Origin: the human T2T-CHM13v2.0 reference genome, Homo sapiens
Strand: one strand, 5' to 3'
Length of the DNA stretch: 64,000 nt
Assembly: GCF_009914755.1 (NCBI RefSeq)
Contig: NC_060931.1
Position numbers and translations under genes: made by a program. This document shows, piece after piece, positions 36,850 through 63,062 of this stretch; the first letter of the stretch is position 1, and each line of letters starts with the position of its first letter. The notes beneath the pieces are model-generated. The model saw only the letters and a list, made by a program, of their open reading frames with translations. It ran no database searches and had not been told where the DNA came from.

Positions 36850-38106
36850 TTAGAATAAAAGTGTATTTGCTGTGTTAGCCTAGAAACATACCAGCAAAAG
36901 AAAGAGCTGAAGTACACTTTACTTTGAGTAAAGAAATTATATCACCTTTGAAATTTTAAGAGGTTAAGTTACAAGTTGTTAGTAGATATAGACTAATATT
37001 TATGATGTAGACATACTGCTAAAATAATTTTAATATTTGTATGTGGCCACATTTTAAGACCATGATGAAGCAGATAAACAGAAATGCCTTATATCTGAAA
37101 TAAATCTTTTGAAATTAAGATTCGATTAGCTGGGTTACTTTGACTGTTAATTCAAGATTTCCCAGGTGAACTGAAGTATACTGTTGTATCTCATAATACT
37201 TTTCCTTCAGGGGCTTTTTATGTATTTACGTTTGTATAATTTTATTTTTATTTGTATCAATTTGACTTTAATCTGAGACTATTTCAATATCACAGTATTG
37301 TTATGACATCTCAATTATTTAAAAGCATTTACTTTTTATTAAATCATAATTTGGGACAGATGTGAATTTCCAGCAAAACCATATTTGATTAATCTTACCA
37401 CTGGTATTTATACTTTGAATGTTCTTAAAAATAATTTGCCCATAATTTTTATTTCAAGGCTCAATGGCTATCATTTGGATATGACTTTGTTTCACACAAA
37501 GATAATTGTGGCTATCTGCGATTGCTTTGTTTGACATTAGGTTCCCATTTTCAATCTAGTGGGAGGTGGCAGGATTCACATACAGTGAGAAAGCAGTGAG
37601 TAGAGAAGAGATTTGTAGGAGCTGAGGTCAGGGAGGGAGGTGAAGGCCGGGTGGTTACCCAGGGCCTGGAAGGCAATTGAAATTTTACTTGTATTCTGAG
37701 ATAGAAATCTATTGGAAGGATCTGAGCAGGCAATTGAGGATGTCAGGAGTGGTGGGGTTTCTTTGAGCTTCTAATAAAAAAGAGGAAAAACATTTTACAA
37801 TGTTGCATTTTCTACCACCAGTCCCACCCACATATGGATTTGTTTTTGTGACTTAAGTAGGAAGTTAAGCATTGCAAATGTATCGGGTGAGTGAATAGTA
37901 AACTGAATCTAAGCAGAATACTGACTTGGCAGGAAAATAATACCTTCTGTGTCCTTAACTGAATTCAGTAATAAGCATGTATACACATAGGAAAAGAACG
38001 TAAATTCATGTATGTGGTGCTATTTTTCAAAGTACATGTTAAGTCTTATTACCATGATTTACTGATAAGGTAACATGTAAAATCAGTAACAAAAATATCT
38101 GAACAG

Positions 38107-38256
38107 GTAGTTATGAGACAACTTCAACAAGAACTGGCTGATACCCTAAAAATACAACCTATGTCAGAGCCTTACCTAGAGGCTACACCACATTGTCATA
38201 TTAATTTAGAAGAGACCCAAGATTCAAAGAAGGAATTAGGTAAAATTGGAAGTCAA
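38107..38256 (+). pseudogene. ANKRD26-like exon remnant (VVMRQLQQELADTLKIQPMSEPYLE..KKELGKIGSQ)
   Basis: 150-bp open exon; acceptor gaacAG, donor GTACAT; last recognisable exon. Confidence 0.88.
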
Positions 38257-38889
38257 GTACATATGAAACATAACATGTCAATGGTTAATCTATAGGTAGT
38301 GGAATAATATCTAATGTTTTAGGATACTAATTGCATTGGATAGTTTTTTATTTTTATTATAATTAATTTTATTATCTTTATCATGCAGTTATTTCTTAAC
38401 CTCTGACTTTCATTCTGTCATGTTTTTCTCATAAGTATATACATTTTAAAAATAATATTTACCCTTATGAAAGTTGGGAATTATACCTCATTCCTCACAG
38501 CAGTTGAGAGAGTTTTTTCTGCAAACCATTATTTCTTAGCTAGTTCTCTACTGTCATGGTAAGGCAAGCCAGATTAAATCAGAGGATAATGTTTAATATA
38601 GTGTTCCAAAGAAGTGTCTTATTTCTTGTCTTTACTTTCATGAATGGGTATAGAATGTGTGTCTGTTTATTGCATGAATTTCAGGATAACTTGTATGGAA
38701 AGGCCATTAAACTCTTCTCCAAAATGCAAATGTTTTAGATTAATTTACAAAGTACTTGAAATGTTAGGCATTTCCTTCATTTTCATTTCATTTTAAGTAT
38801 ATTGTAAAAGCATGGAAATACTCAGATCGTGTAGAGTATATACATCCAAAGTAGAGAATTAAGAAATGTATCTAGATCCTGCCACTGGA

Positions 38890-40470
38890 TTTTTTAAAGC
38901 AACTGTGTTGATATATAATTTGCATAACATACAGTTCACCCATTGAAAATGTACAAGTCTCTTAGTATATTCATGGAGTTGTGTAGTCATCAGCAACATC
39001 AATTTGAGAACATCTTCACGACCCTGAAAAGAAACCCTGCATCATTTAGCCATCATCCACCAGTTTGCCCTTCCTCAGCTCTAGGGAACCACCAGTCTAC
39101 TTTGTTTCTATAGAGTTGCCCATTCTGGACATTTCGTATCAATTGAATCACAAAACGTTTGGTGGTCTTTCGTGATTGGCTTCTTTCACTTAGCATAACA
39201 TTTTTAAGGCTCATCCGCATTGTAACATGTATCAGTACTCAACTTCCTCTAATTGCTGAGTAACATTCCACTCTGCGGATATACCAGTCATTTTATTTAC
39301 CCATTCATCAGTTATGGACCTTTGGGTTGTTACCATGTTTTGGCTATTAATCATACTGCTATGAAGTTTTATGTACAAGTTTTTGTGTTTGCATATGTTT
39401 TCATTTCTCATGGGTGTATACTTAGAAGTGGAATTGCTGGTGTATACTTACAAGTGGAATTTGAGGAGCTGTCAGTCTGTTTTCCAAAGTGGCTGCACCA
39501 TTTTACATTTCCGTCAGAATTGTATGGGGATTCTAATTTCTCTGTATCTTCCCAACATTTTTCACATTTTTGATTGAAGATTCCATCCTAGTGGTGTGAA
39601 GTGATACCTCATTTTTTTTTTTTTTTTGAGATGGAGTCTTGCTCTGTCGCCCAGGCTGGAGTGCAGTGGCACAATCTCGGCTCATGCAACCTCCCTTGCA
39701 CCGGGTTCAAGTCATTCTCCTGCCTCAGCCTCCCAGGTAGCTGGGATTACAGGCACCCACCACCATGCCCGACTAATTTTTTGTATCTTTATAGAGATGG
39801 GGTTTCACCGTGTTAGCCAGGGTGGTCTTGATCTCCTGGCCTCGTGATCCACCCACCTTGGCCTCCCAAAGTGCTGGGATTGCAGGTGTGAGCCACCGCG
39901 CCCCGCAAAGTGATACCTCATTTTTGTTTTGATTTGCGTTTCCCTAATGAGTAATGATGTTAAGCATCTTTTTATGTGCTTATGAGCCACTTGTGTATCT
40001 TTGGGAAAATGTCTATTTAAATGCTATGCCCATTTAAAAATCACCTTCCCTTTTTTTTCTGAATTTTAAGTTTTTTGTAGATCTTAGGTGTAAGACCCTT
40101 AACAGATATGATTTTCAAATATTTTATTTCACTCAATGGCTTTTATTTTTACTTTCTTGATGATGTCTGTTCAAGTGCAGACATTTCAAATTTTAATAAA
40201 GAATTTTATAGTTTTAGCTCTTATATTTAGCAGTCCTATTTTGAGTTAATTTTAGATGTGGCATATGTTAGGAGTCCATCTTTATTCTTTTGCATGTGGA
40301 TATCCAGTTGCCCCATTACCATTTGTTGAAAAGGCTATTCTTTTTAACAAATTAATAGTCTCATTTGTTGTTTTTTTACCCTTGTTGAAAATCAATTGAC
40401 CATAAATATGTGGGTTTATTTTGGGATTCTCAATTCTAATATGTTGATCTATGTCTATCATCATGCCAGT
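38890..40470 (-). mobile_element. L1MB-type 3' end with nested antisense Alu (39612-39904)
   Basis: TTGCCCATTCTGGACATTTC..TGATTGGCTTCTTTCACTTAGCATAA; Alu TSD AAGTGATACCTCATTTTT. Confidence 0.85.
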
Positions 40471-41810
40471 ACCGAATCTAATTTTAGGATAATTATTTTT
40501 CAGTCATGTTGCTTATTATTCCCAATTGTCCTAAGTAAGAATAGAAATTCAAGTACTAGGATGCCTTTAATTTCACTGTTTGCTTCCTGAAGGAACATGT
40601 GGCTAGCTTATATTAATACCTTGCTGACTCCTGTGACACAATGGGAAGTCAGGCTTACAAAGACAAGAGCGTATTCATTTCTTTTTCTCCATTCAAACCG
40701 TTTTTCTCTCACTCAGGCCCTACCTCTTCACTCCCATTTTCATCAAATCTTGGTTAGAGGATCTGCTGACTCAGTCTGTATTTACTGCATTATATTTACT
40801 AACTCATAATAAGTCATAGAATTGTGTAGATTTTTGCCATGTAGGAAGGAGAAGATTAAGTCTGGGCTGTTGCTTTCCTCTTTGGAAATTGAGCTAATTC
40901 ATCATCTTACAGCTCACAAATAGATCCTCTGTTGACCTGGTGCCTGGTTCTTTGGATAACACTGGAGCTGATCCTTTTCTTGGCACAGATCCTACATTCT
41001 CAGAAATTACAGTTTTCTGTATTTAACTGCTTTTACTTAACAGAGGTGCCTAGCTATGCTTTATAGCTCAGTACATAATCAAATTAGTAGTTCAACCCAT
41101 TCAAATAAAAATTTTCAGGAATGCAGCACCTAAAAATTAGGTGATGTCCAGGTATTTATCAGAGACAAATAGTCAAATTAGTTTTATGAATCTCAAAATT
41201 TCAGAGCCAATTTGTATGATATGGAGCAGCATTTTGGTACAATGTAAAGATGAGATGGTCTTACCTTCTCAGCTTGAAGGGAAATTGTATTTAATTTTTT
41301 AACATGTAAAGGACACTACATTTGTTTTGCTACAGAGAAGATTAAAACTGATTCCCTAGTATTCTCTTTATTTTCTCATTGAGGAAATGAAAATGAAGAT
41401 CAAATACTAGATTGATTAATAATTACTCAGCTGCTTATCACTTTTAGAATTTCAGTTCACTGAAATCAGGTAAAATGTCTGATTTGTGTTATTATATCAA
41501 ATACTTCTGTTTTTTGTCAACTTTCATACTTCAGATTATACATCCTTCCTTCCTCATCTTCCTTATCCCATAACTTGAGGGGCAAATGCTAAAGAGCCTC
41601 ATTTGCTTAGTTATGAGAATTTGTAACTGAAGGGAACTTCTTCTAAACGTCCTCCTCAATAGTTCATACGTCTGTCTCCTGGTTGTCTGCTGCTTCTCAT
41701 TAGCATTGTTTGTCATTAATAAATTAACCTCAACATTTAGTAGATCCTATTTTAAAGGAGACTAGTTACTACTGTGTAAGCTATTATATTTCTTACTGTT
41801 TTTTGTTTAA

Positions 41811-42260
41811 GTCTATTTTCCTGTTTATTTTTCCCTAACAAGCTACCCAAAGGTGAGTGGCTTAACAGCAACATGTATTTAGTTCACCAATCTGTGGTTT
41901 GGAAAATCCTTGTCCAGGACAACCTTCTCTGCTCCCCTCAGCTTCACTTGCAGTCAATCAAATGTTGGGGGACTGGAATCATCTGAAGGTCTGGTCACTG
42001 ATATGTCTGGTTGTTGACAGTGGCTGTTGATTGGAACTTTAGTTGGGGCAGGCAGCCCAAATACTTGCACTGGAACTCCTGTGTGTTTTTGTGACCTGAG
42101 CTTCCTCACAACATGGGGGCTCGGTTCTAAGGGCAAGCAGTCTGAGGTAGAGAGCCTCTTCTAACCTAATGTTGGAGGCCACACGGTATCACTTGTACCA
42201 CATTCTATTCATTAGAAGCAAGTCACTAAGTGTGGCCCATAGTCTATTTATAGGATGAAT
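41811..42260 (-). mobile_element. Old MLT1-type LTR
   Basis: GTGGCTTAACAGCAACA..GGACTGGAATCATCTGAAGG..GAGCTTCCTCACAACATGG..ATTCTATTCATTAGAAGCAAGTCACTAAG. Confidence 0.75.
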
Positions 42261-42419
42261 TGTTTGTTTGTTTGTTTGTTTATTTTTGATTGATTGATAG
42301 TGTCTCACTCACTACATTGCCCATGCTGGCCTTGTACTCCTGGGCTCAAGGGGTCCTCCTGCCTCAGCCTCGTGAATAGCTGGGACTACAGGTGTATTAC
42401 ATCATACCCAATTTCCTTT

Positions 42420-47420
<5,001 letters not shown>

Positions 47421-47423
47421 GAA

Positions 47424-47941
47424 TTTTTTTTTTTTTTTTTGAGACAGAGCCTTGCTCTGTCACCCAGGCTGGAGTGCAGTGGCACGATCTTGGCTCACCG
47501 CAACCTCTGCCTCCCTGGTCCTGAGCAGCTGGAATTACAGGCACCAGCCACCATGCCTGGCTGATTTTTGTATTTTCGGTAGAGACAGGGTATCACGATC
47601 TTGGCCAGGCTGGTCTTGAACTTCTGACCTCCTGATCCACCCGCCTTGGCCTCCAAAAGTGCTGGGATTACAGGCATGAGCCACTGTGCCTGGCCAAATA
47701 TTATTTTTTTAAATGAATTGTTTCTCTTAGTCTGCTTTGTTAAATTTGGAATTCGTTGGACCCAGATAAATTAAAAAGTGGAAGATAAAAATACTTAAAA
47801 TACGCTGGGTGCAGTGGCTCATGCCTATAATGCCAGCACTTTGGGAGGCCGAGGCAGGCAGATATCTAGGTCGGGGGTTCGAGACCAGCCTGACCAACAT
47901 GGAGAAACGCCATCTGTACTAAAAATACAAAATTAGACGGG
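47424..47941. mobile_element. Internally deleted Alu (-, 47424-47695) and left-arm-only Alu (+, 47804-47941)
   Basis: The second Alu stops at AATTAGACGGG with no right arm or tail. Confidence 0.85.
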
Positions 47942-48498
47942 CTCTAATGGGCTTTGCCCATTTTTTAATCAGGTTGTTTTTGTTGTTATTGTTGTTGTTA
48001 AATTGCCCAAGTAACTCTTGGTGATTGTGTTTCTCTAATTTCTGCCCTCCTCTTCCTTCCTTTAATGCTTTATATTTTGTCACCAAGTGTGTAGCTTCTT
48101 AGACCTCTCTTGGGTAGTTTCAGTATTCATTTAGGAGTAACAACAAACAACAACAAAAAAAAAATGAAAGAAAGCAAAAGAAATGTAGTTGCTTCCAGCT
48201 GGAATCTGGTAAAATATGTATTTCACAACCAAGTCTTGTAAGAAAGGATAATGTGACTCATATAAGCTGGAAAGTTTAGGAGATTTAAAGCATAAAGTAG
48301 TGCTCAAAGTCACGTGGGTCCACCTCTTAGCTCTTCTGGTTTCACTGTATCCTGAGACAGTCTTTTCCAGGGTGGTTTCAAGATGGCTGCCAACAGCTAC
48401 TTTCTTCTTTGTCCTCCCTGTCCCTCTTTCTTCTCCTCCTCTTCCTTCTCTACTTCCTACTTTCCCCTTTTCTTCTTCAGCAAACTTTATTTTGGCAT

Positions 48499-49800
<1,302 letters not shown>

Positions 49801-49938
49801 TCACATTAGAAACAACTTTTGGTGCCGCAAAAGAAATAGCACTCGAACAGAAATTTTCTCAGCAAGGCAAATTTACTTCTGCAGAAGGGTGTAGCTTGCA
49901 CCAGTCATGATCACAAGAGCACACCGAGTGGGATAGGG

Positions 49939-51485
<1,547 letters not shown>

Positions 51486-51713
51486 AAGTGTAGGAAAAAG
51501 AGTTATGTGGACAAAAACACTTGCTGTAAGACAGACTTACATAGCTTGGCTGGAGAACAGCTAGAGTAAACAAATACATCATCAAAAGTAAATGAAAAAT
51601 GTATAAATCCTGAGGGGAAATTTTTTTTTTAACTCTAAGACTTATGCAAATTTCTGCAAATAAATAAACAAAACTCTAAGACATATTTATGTAGAAACCT
51701 TAGGAGAAAATCA

Positions 51714-51947
51714 GGCCAGGCGTGGTGGCTCATTTTTGTAATCCCAGCACTTTGGGAGGACGAGGCAGGCAGATCACTTGAGCTCAGGAGCTCAAGACCA
51801 GCCTAGGCAACATAATGAGACCCTGTCTCAAAAAAAAAAAAAAAAAAGAAAGAAAGACAGGAAGAGAGAGAGAAAGAGACAAAGAAAGAAAGAGAAAGGA
51901 AGGAAGGAAAAAGAAAGAAGAAAGAAAGAAAATAAAAGAAAAAAGAA
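51714..51947 (+). mobile_element. Alu monomer with expanded ~120-bp polypurine (A/GAAA) tail
   Basis: Almost pure purine run at 51830-51947. Confidence 0.85.
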
Positions 51948-52411
51948 ATTCTCCAATGTCTCCAATATAAAGCCAGCTTTGGGATCTACTACCCTGTGTT
52001 GGTGCTTCTTAAACTGGAGAACGCACATCCCCCAAAAATATGTCCAGAGAACCCACCCCACTCCCTGTGCCCTGGGATCTGCTGACCTCATTTTAAGAAA
52101 TATTGCACCTAATGTCAAAATAACACAATCACCCTGCATTTGTGATTTTTACTTTGGTTGAATTATTTTATGTTATAAAGGTATGTTATATAGTTAGTAA
52201 TACTACATAGCCAAAAGCTTTATAGATTATCTTTAATTTCTTGAGGTAGTGTTTTCCCAACCTGAACACTCTTAGCTGCCCAAGAATATCAATAGAGAAA
52301 CCAGTTTGAGAAGTATTGTACTACACAGAAGTTGTCTAAAGACCCTGAGATTTAATAATCTAGCAACAGAAGTTTCTGGTTTGAGCTCAATTGACTCCTA
52401 AAGAAAGTTGG

Positions 52412-54539
<2,128 letters not shown>

Positions 54540-55010
54540 AGCTTCTTTTTAGTATTAAAAAAAATGTTGTGTCAGCCAGGATAGAATGGCCTATGCCACA
54601 GTAACAACCAACCCCCAAATTGCAGCAATCACATTTATTTCTTACTTTTGCTACATGTCCAAGGTGGGGCTGCAGGGCCTCTTTGCTGCTGCCACCACTC
54701 AGGGCCCAGGCTGCCAGTAGTGTCCTCTCAGCAGTGGCTTCCTTGATCATCAGGACATTGGGAAGGTGAACATGGTGAATTACGCACTGCTTTCTACCCA
54801 GAAGGGTCACATGTCATTCCTGCTCAAATTTCATTGACCAAAAAGAGCTACATAACCCAAATCCTACCAGGTGCCCCAAAGGTAGAGAGCTGCAAATATT
54901 TAGTGAACAGCATTTAATGACTACTACGTATTTTCCTTATGGAAAACAAACATACAGAACTAGAATTGCACAAATGAAGACTGAAGGTCTGGATTGGTTC
55001 TTCAACTCTA

Positions 55011-55085
55011 TTAGGTTGGTGCAAAAGTAACTGCAGGTTTGCCATTTTAATGGCAAAAAGTGCAATAACTTTTGCACCAACCTAA
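55011..55085. mobile_element. MADE1 (Hsmar1-derived MITE), palindromic
   Basis: TTAGGTTGGTGCAAAAGT..ACTTTTGCACCAACCTAA inverted repeats flanked by TA duplications. Confidence 0.95.
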
Positions 55086-55321
55086 TACATATGCAAGAAG
55101 TTGTGTCACAAATTATAATTGGGGCTATAGCTATAGATTCACTGTTTGAAAGCCAATGTGAATCAAGGATTATTAGACAATGGGAGACTTCTACATTTCC
55201 CCCATACTGTTCTACAGCTTTGACTCAGAAATGCATTTTAGAATGTAAAAGATTTTTTCTTTTTTAAAACTCATTGCTTACTGCTTCTTAATTTAGTAAA
55301 AATCTACAAAGATATCTTTGT

Positions 55322-55617
<296 letters not shown>

Positions 55618-55906
55618 CTACAAAGATATCTTGATTGCTCTTCCAATTCAACTTTCCATTTGCAAAAGCCTCTAATATTTCAAAATTCTGAGTTTCTTCT
55701 GACAAAATTGGGGTAATCTGAAACAGGTAATGAACAAATCACAGAAAAATAGAGCTGGAAAGGAATACAGGGATTATCTCATCCAGCCATCTAAGAGAAC
55801 AGAAAAGATAAAAATAATAAATAAATAAATAAATAGCTCTGGGATGTAGTCTTTCTGGCTAAACAGCTTCCCCATGAGGAAGTTGCAGCACTTAAACTTT
55901 TGACTC

Positions 55907-56200
55907 CTGTAGGCACAGCAGTGCATGCCTGTAGTCCCAGCTACTCCTGAGGTGGGAAGATCACTTGAGCCCAAGAAGTCCTGGACTATAGTACACGATG
56001 CCAATCGGGTGTCTGCACTAAGTTCAGCATCAGTATGGTGACCTCCTGGGAGTGGGGGACCACCAGGTTGCCTAAGGATGGGTGAACCAGTCCAGGCAGA
56101 AACTGAACAGGTCAAAACTCCTGTGCTGATCAGTAGTGGGATTGTGACTGTGAATAGGCATTGCACTCCAGCCTGGATGACATAGTGAGATCCTATCTCT
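55907..56200 (+). pseudogene. 7SL (SRP) RNA pseudogene, near full length and diverged
   Basis: Alu-like ends enclose the S domain (GATGCCAATCGGGTGTCTGCACTAAGTTCAGCATCAGTATGGTGACCTCCTGGGAG..GGGACCACCAGGTTGCCTAAGGA..CAGGTCAAAACTCCTGTGCTGATCAGTAGTGGGAT); heavy CpG decay; (AG)n tail. Confidence 0.93.
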
Positions 56201-56492
56201 AAGAATAGAGAGAGAGAGAGAGGGAACTAAACTTATCACTCCAAGCCAAATTCCCTTTCCTCACAGGCCTCTCATTAATGTTGGAAAATGCCGGGTCCTC
56301 TGTACAACTTTCTGTTTCCTACAGTTGCCTGGCCTCTATTTGTTTTTGTCATGTCATATTCCTCAACTGTTCTAATTGGAGTGGAGCTGTGGTCATCTAT
56401 TGTTATAGTAGTAATACTGAACATTGCCATCATTTTTATTAAGTGATTCTTACTTGCCACAGCAGTATTGTATTTTCCCCATGCAAATATCA

Positions 56493-56892
56493 TGTGTGAT
56501 AGGTTCAACTGTGACCCCCTAAAAAATCTGTTCAAGTCCTAACCCTTAGTGCCTATGAATGTAACCTTATTTGGAAATAAGGTTTCTGCAGATGTAATTA
56601 CGTTAAGATGAGGACACACTGGATTAGGGTGTGCTCTAAGGTGACTGTCCTTACAATAGGTGAGGACTTGAGTGACGCAGGTACAAGCCAAGAAACACCA
56701 AGGGTGGCCAGCAGCCACCAGAAGCTGGAAAAGGTGAGGAAAGATGCTTCCCGAGAGCCTTCAAGGAGTATGGCCCTGCTGATGCCTTGATTTTGGACTT
56801 CTGGCCTCCAAAACTGCCAGAGAATAAATTTCTGTTGTTTTAAGCCACTGAATTTGTGGAACTTGTTAAGGCAGCCCAAGGAAACCAACACA
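56493..56892 (+). mobile_element. MLT1B/C solo LTR (MIR fragment follows)
   Basis: GAATGTAACCTTATTTGGAAATAAGG..GAGAATAAATTTCTGTTGTTTTAAGCCAC. Confidence 0.88.
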
Positions 56893-57204
56893 CTCCATGA
56901 GATGGTTATTAATTCTCATTTTACAGATGAAGAAACTGAGGTTTATAGAGATTAAAGATTTGCTTGAAGACTTAACAGCCATGAGAACTAAATCAACGTG
57001 TAGGTTTTGTTTGAATCCTATAAAAAGGCCATTTTTGAGATAATCAATGAAATTTGAATATGGTTTGGGTAGTGGATGTTATTTATTTATTATAAATTTT
57101 ATATTATTGTTTTAGATGTTACTAATTATATTTGTTGGTGCAAGGTGCAGTGTTATTACATTGTTGTTCAATAACGGCATAGTGATCATATTTTAAAAGG
57201 GTTT

Positions 57205-59028
<1,824 letters not shown>

Positions 59029-59229
59029 AGATAAGGGCAAGAAAAGGCTCCAATCACTGCCTCAGCCACGTCCACTGCCATGACCACTGATACCTCACAG
59101 GATAATTTGCACCTTGGATTTCAGATGCTGATAACTGGTTTCTGTAAGGTGAGATCAGGGCAGAGAAGATCCAGGAGAGGGCTGGCATGCTGCCCAAAAG
59201 ACTCCTTCCAAAAGGGCTGATGGCAGGGC

Positions 59230-59951
59230 TGAAACCACCTTTGCAAAAATTATAACAGAGGAAATTATGACAGTGAAAGAGATCAAACCTAACCGACTCC
59301 ATCTGGCTTCTAACCTTTAAGCTGTCCTTGTTCACTCCTGGGCATAGGCTGAACTAACCTTGGGAAGGAATTTAGTTCACAGTTTTGCTCTGAAACAAAA
59401 TTGATAATAGCCCTTTCCCCACAAAGACCCACTTCTTGCCTGGGGACCAGTCTATCTTTGTAGGACTCACAAATTAGCTACAAGATTAGAAATTATGGTT
59501 TAGAGGTCATGCAGCCTCTGGCTGCAAGAGTCTGAACCTCCCCAAATTGCTTCTGGGGATAACATCACCATTGTAAAGCCTAAGATCAGTGCTTGAGACA
59601 TTTTGCAGACCTTGCACTGGTAGCTGACACTACCCAGAAGGGTAATCTGGCTCAACCAGTTCTGTGATCCCACCCAGGAACAGAAGACAGCAAGAAAACC
59701 TCACTATGACCCCCTAAAATCCCATCTCCAAACTGGCAAATCAGCACCCCGTACTTCCTGAGACTCCACCCCTCAAATTATCTTTAAAAATTCTCCAAAT
59801 GCTCAAGGAGACTGATTTGAGTAGTAATAAAACTCTGGTCTCCCGCATAGCCTGCTCTGCATGAATTACTCTTTCTCCATTGCAATTCTCCTGTCTTGAT
59901 AAATTGGCTCTGTCTAGGCAGCGGGCAAGGTGAACCTGCTGGGTGGTTACA
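59230..59951 (+). mobile_element. LTR8 solo LTR (ERV1)
   Basis: TGAAACCACCTTTGCAAAAATTATAACAG..GGGTGGTTACA; 4-bp TSD GGGC on both sides. Confidence 0.92.
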
Positions 59952-60124
59952 GGGCTTTGGGTAGAAGAGAGAGAGGAGATGAGAAGAATGCTTACAGGGG
60001 AGGCAAAAGGGGAATTCCTGGGGCAAATCCTGGGGGGAAAGTAAGGGAGAGGTACTCTCCAAGGGACATAGGTGAAACTTGAGTCATCTGTAAATGTGAA
60101 TACCTCCAAATAAATAGAAGAAAT

Positions 60125-60345
60125 GTAAATAGTACTTGCTATGTCCCAAGGCTTATTCTGGAAGCTTTACAAATATTAACTCCTGTAAACTTCTCAACAA
60201 CCTGTGACATAAGTGCTATTATTATCTCCATTTTGCATGTGAATAAACTGAGGCAAAGAGAGGTTAAGCAACTAGTCCAAGGTTGTCCAGCTGGTAAGGG
60301 TTGGAGCTGGGACTCAGATCAGACAAGCTTGTTCCAGCATCTCTC
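60125..60345 (-). mobile_element. MIR
   Basis: ATTATTATCTCCATTTTGCATGTGAATAAACTGAGGCAAAGAGAGGTTAAG core. Confidence 0.8.
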
Positions 60346-60702
60346 CACCAATTCTGGAAATCATCACTCTGTAGCTGAGTGTTGAGAATGGTACAAAGAG
60401 TTAAGATTCCTGCATTTTGATGGATCTTTCTTCTGAAAACTGGGTCACCCTAACAGTCCCCTGGGTTTACCTGGCCAGGATACCTTGATTCTCTGACACT
60501 TTTTTTCCTCCCTCAGGTCTAGTTCTGTGATCCCTCTTGGCTTGTGCCTTGTCTGCTCCAGATGGGGTGTCCTCTCTCTGTGCCAGTGTATCAGCCAAGG
60601 GTCCATCCAGAAAAACCCACTCAGAGTGATGTATACTAGGGAGATTTGAGAGGACCTAAACAATTTTGGAAGCTGGTTAATGCAAACTAAAAACAATTCT
60701 GG

Positions 60703-62082
<1,380 letters not shown>

Positions 62083-62084
62083 TT

Positions 62085-62612
62085 GAACAGTCTGTAGATG
62101 GCTGGTTCTGGGGCCTGAAGTCTGCAGGGCAGGTCCTCTGGGGATGAGGATGAGGATGGATATGAAGTGGAGGAAAGCAAGGATAAACTGGGACTCTTGA
62201 GCCCAAAGCTGGAGCCAGAGGACAGATTGGAGCCCACATAGGTCTTTTAGAAAGCTTCCAATTTCAAGGAAGTAGGTGTCCTATAGGGAAAGCTAGAGCC
62301 TTCCACTATGGAACCAAACATACATCTGGCCCAAGAGTCAGAGAAGCTGAAAGAGGCTCCAGCAAAATATGGAGGAGCTGTGAGCCACGGGCTGCCACCA
62401 ACAAGGTGAGCCAACAGAAAAGCAACAACACGAGCATGTGCTGGGATGGTAGCTGGAGCCTGAGCCAGTCAGCTGAGCACAGAAGGGATACAGCTGCTGT
62501 TTCACCTCTGTCTTCCAAATTCCACCCAAGATGTCTCTTGTGGGCCATGCCAGCCTGGAACTATGCAGGGAAGGGGATGCTGGGAGACATTGTTCCAGCT
62601 TAGCTCAACTGC
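62085..62612 (-). mobile_element. Old ERVL-type LTR fragment (other part probably ~60587-60690)
   Basis: GCAGGGAAGGGGATGCTGGGAGACATTGTTCCAGCTTAGCT resembles ERVL LTR termini; family uncertain. Confidence 0.45.
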
Positions 62613-63062
62613 TGCAAGCCCAGGCCACACACTTGGGATAGGACGCCCTGCTCTTGCTGGGGAATCCCCTCCATTCTTTCCCTGGAAGTCAAACTGAAGA
62701 AAACAAGCCTCCTGCCCAGGGAATTTCTTTGCTTTCATGTTTGCTTTGTTCTCTGTTTTAGTGCCACGGTGGATGTATTCCCTGCTGCCAACTTCTAGTA
62801 TGGACACCTGGGTGGGTGCCTTTGCTTCTCTTCAGAACCACCCACACCTTTCTATCCTTGGACTCTCCTCCCCAGAGGGGTCATTATCCCAATCAAACAC
62901 AGTTATGATGAACAGAGAATCCCTGACAGTCACCAGGGATGTCACATAAATGACAGTGTAGTTATGTCTACCACACTGTTTATATTCTTGATCTGTAGGA
63001 TAAGTCTAGAACCAGTTACTTTTATTTAAATACTTTAACACTTGGTGATGGCATAATCTAAG

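Noticed and set aside
51778-52161. 127-aa Lys/Arg/Glu-rich ORF and its Phe/Leu-rich antisense
   Set aside because: Translation of the polypurine Alu tail.
55907-56200. Functional SRP RNA gene
   Set aside because: Many substitutions, CpG decay, a small deletion in the Alu domain and a retro-type tail indicate a pseudogene.
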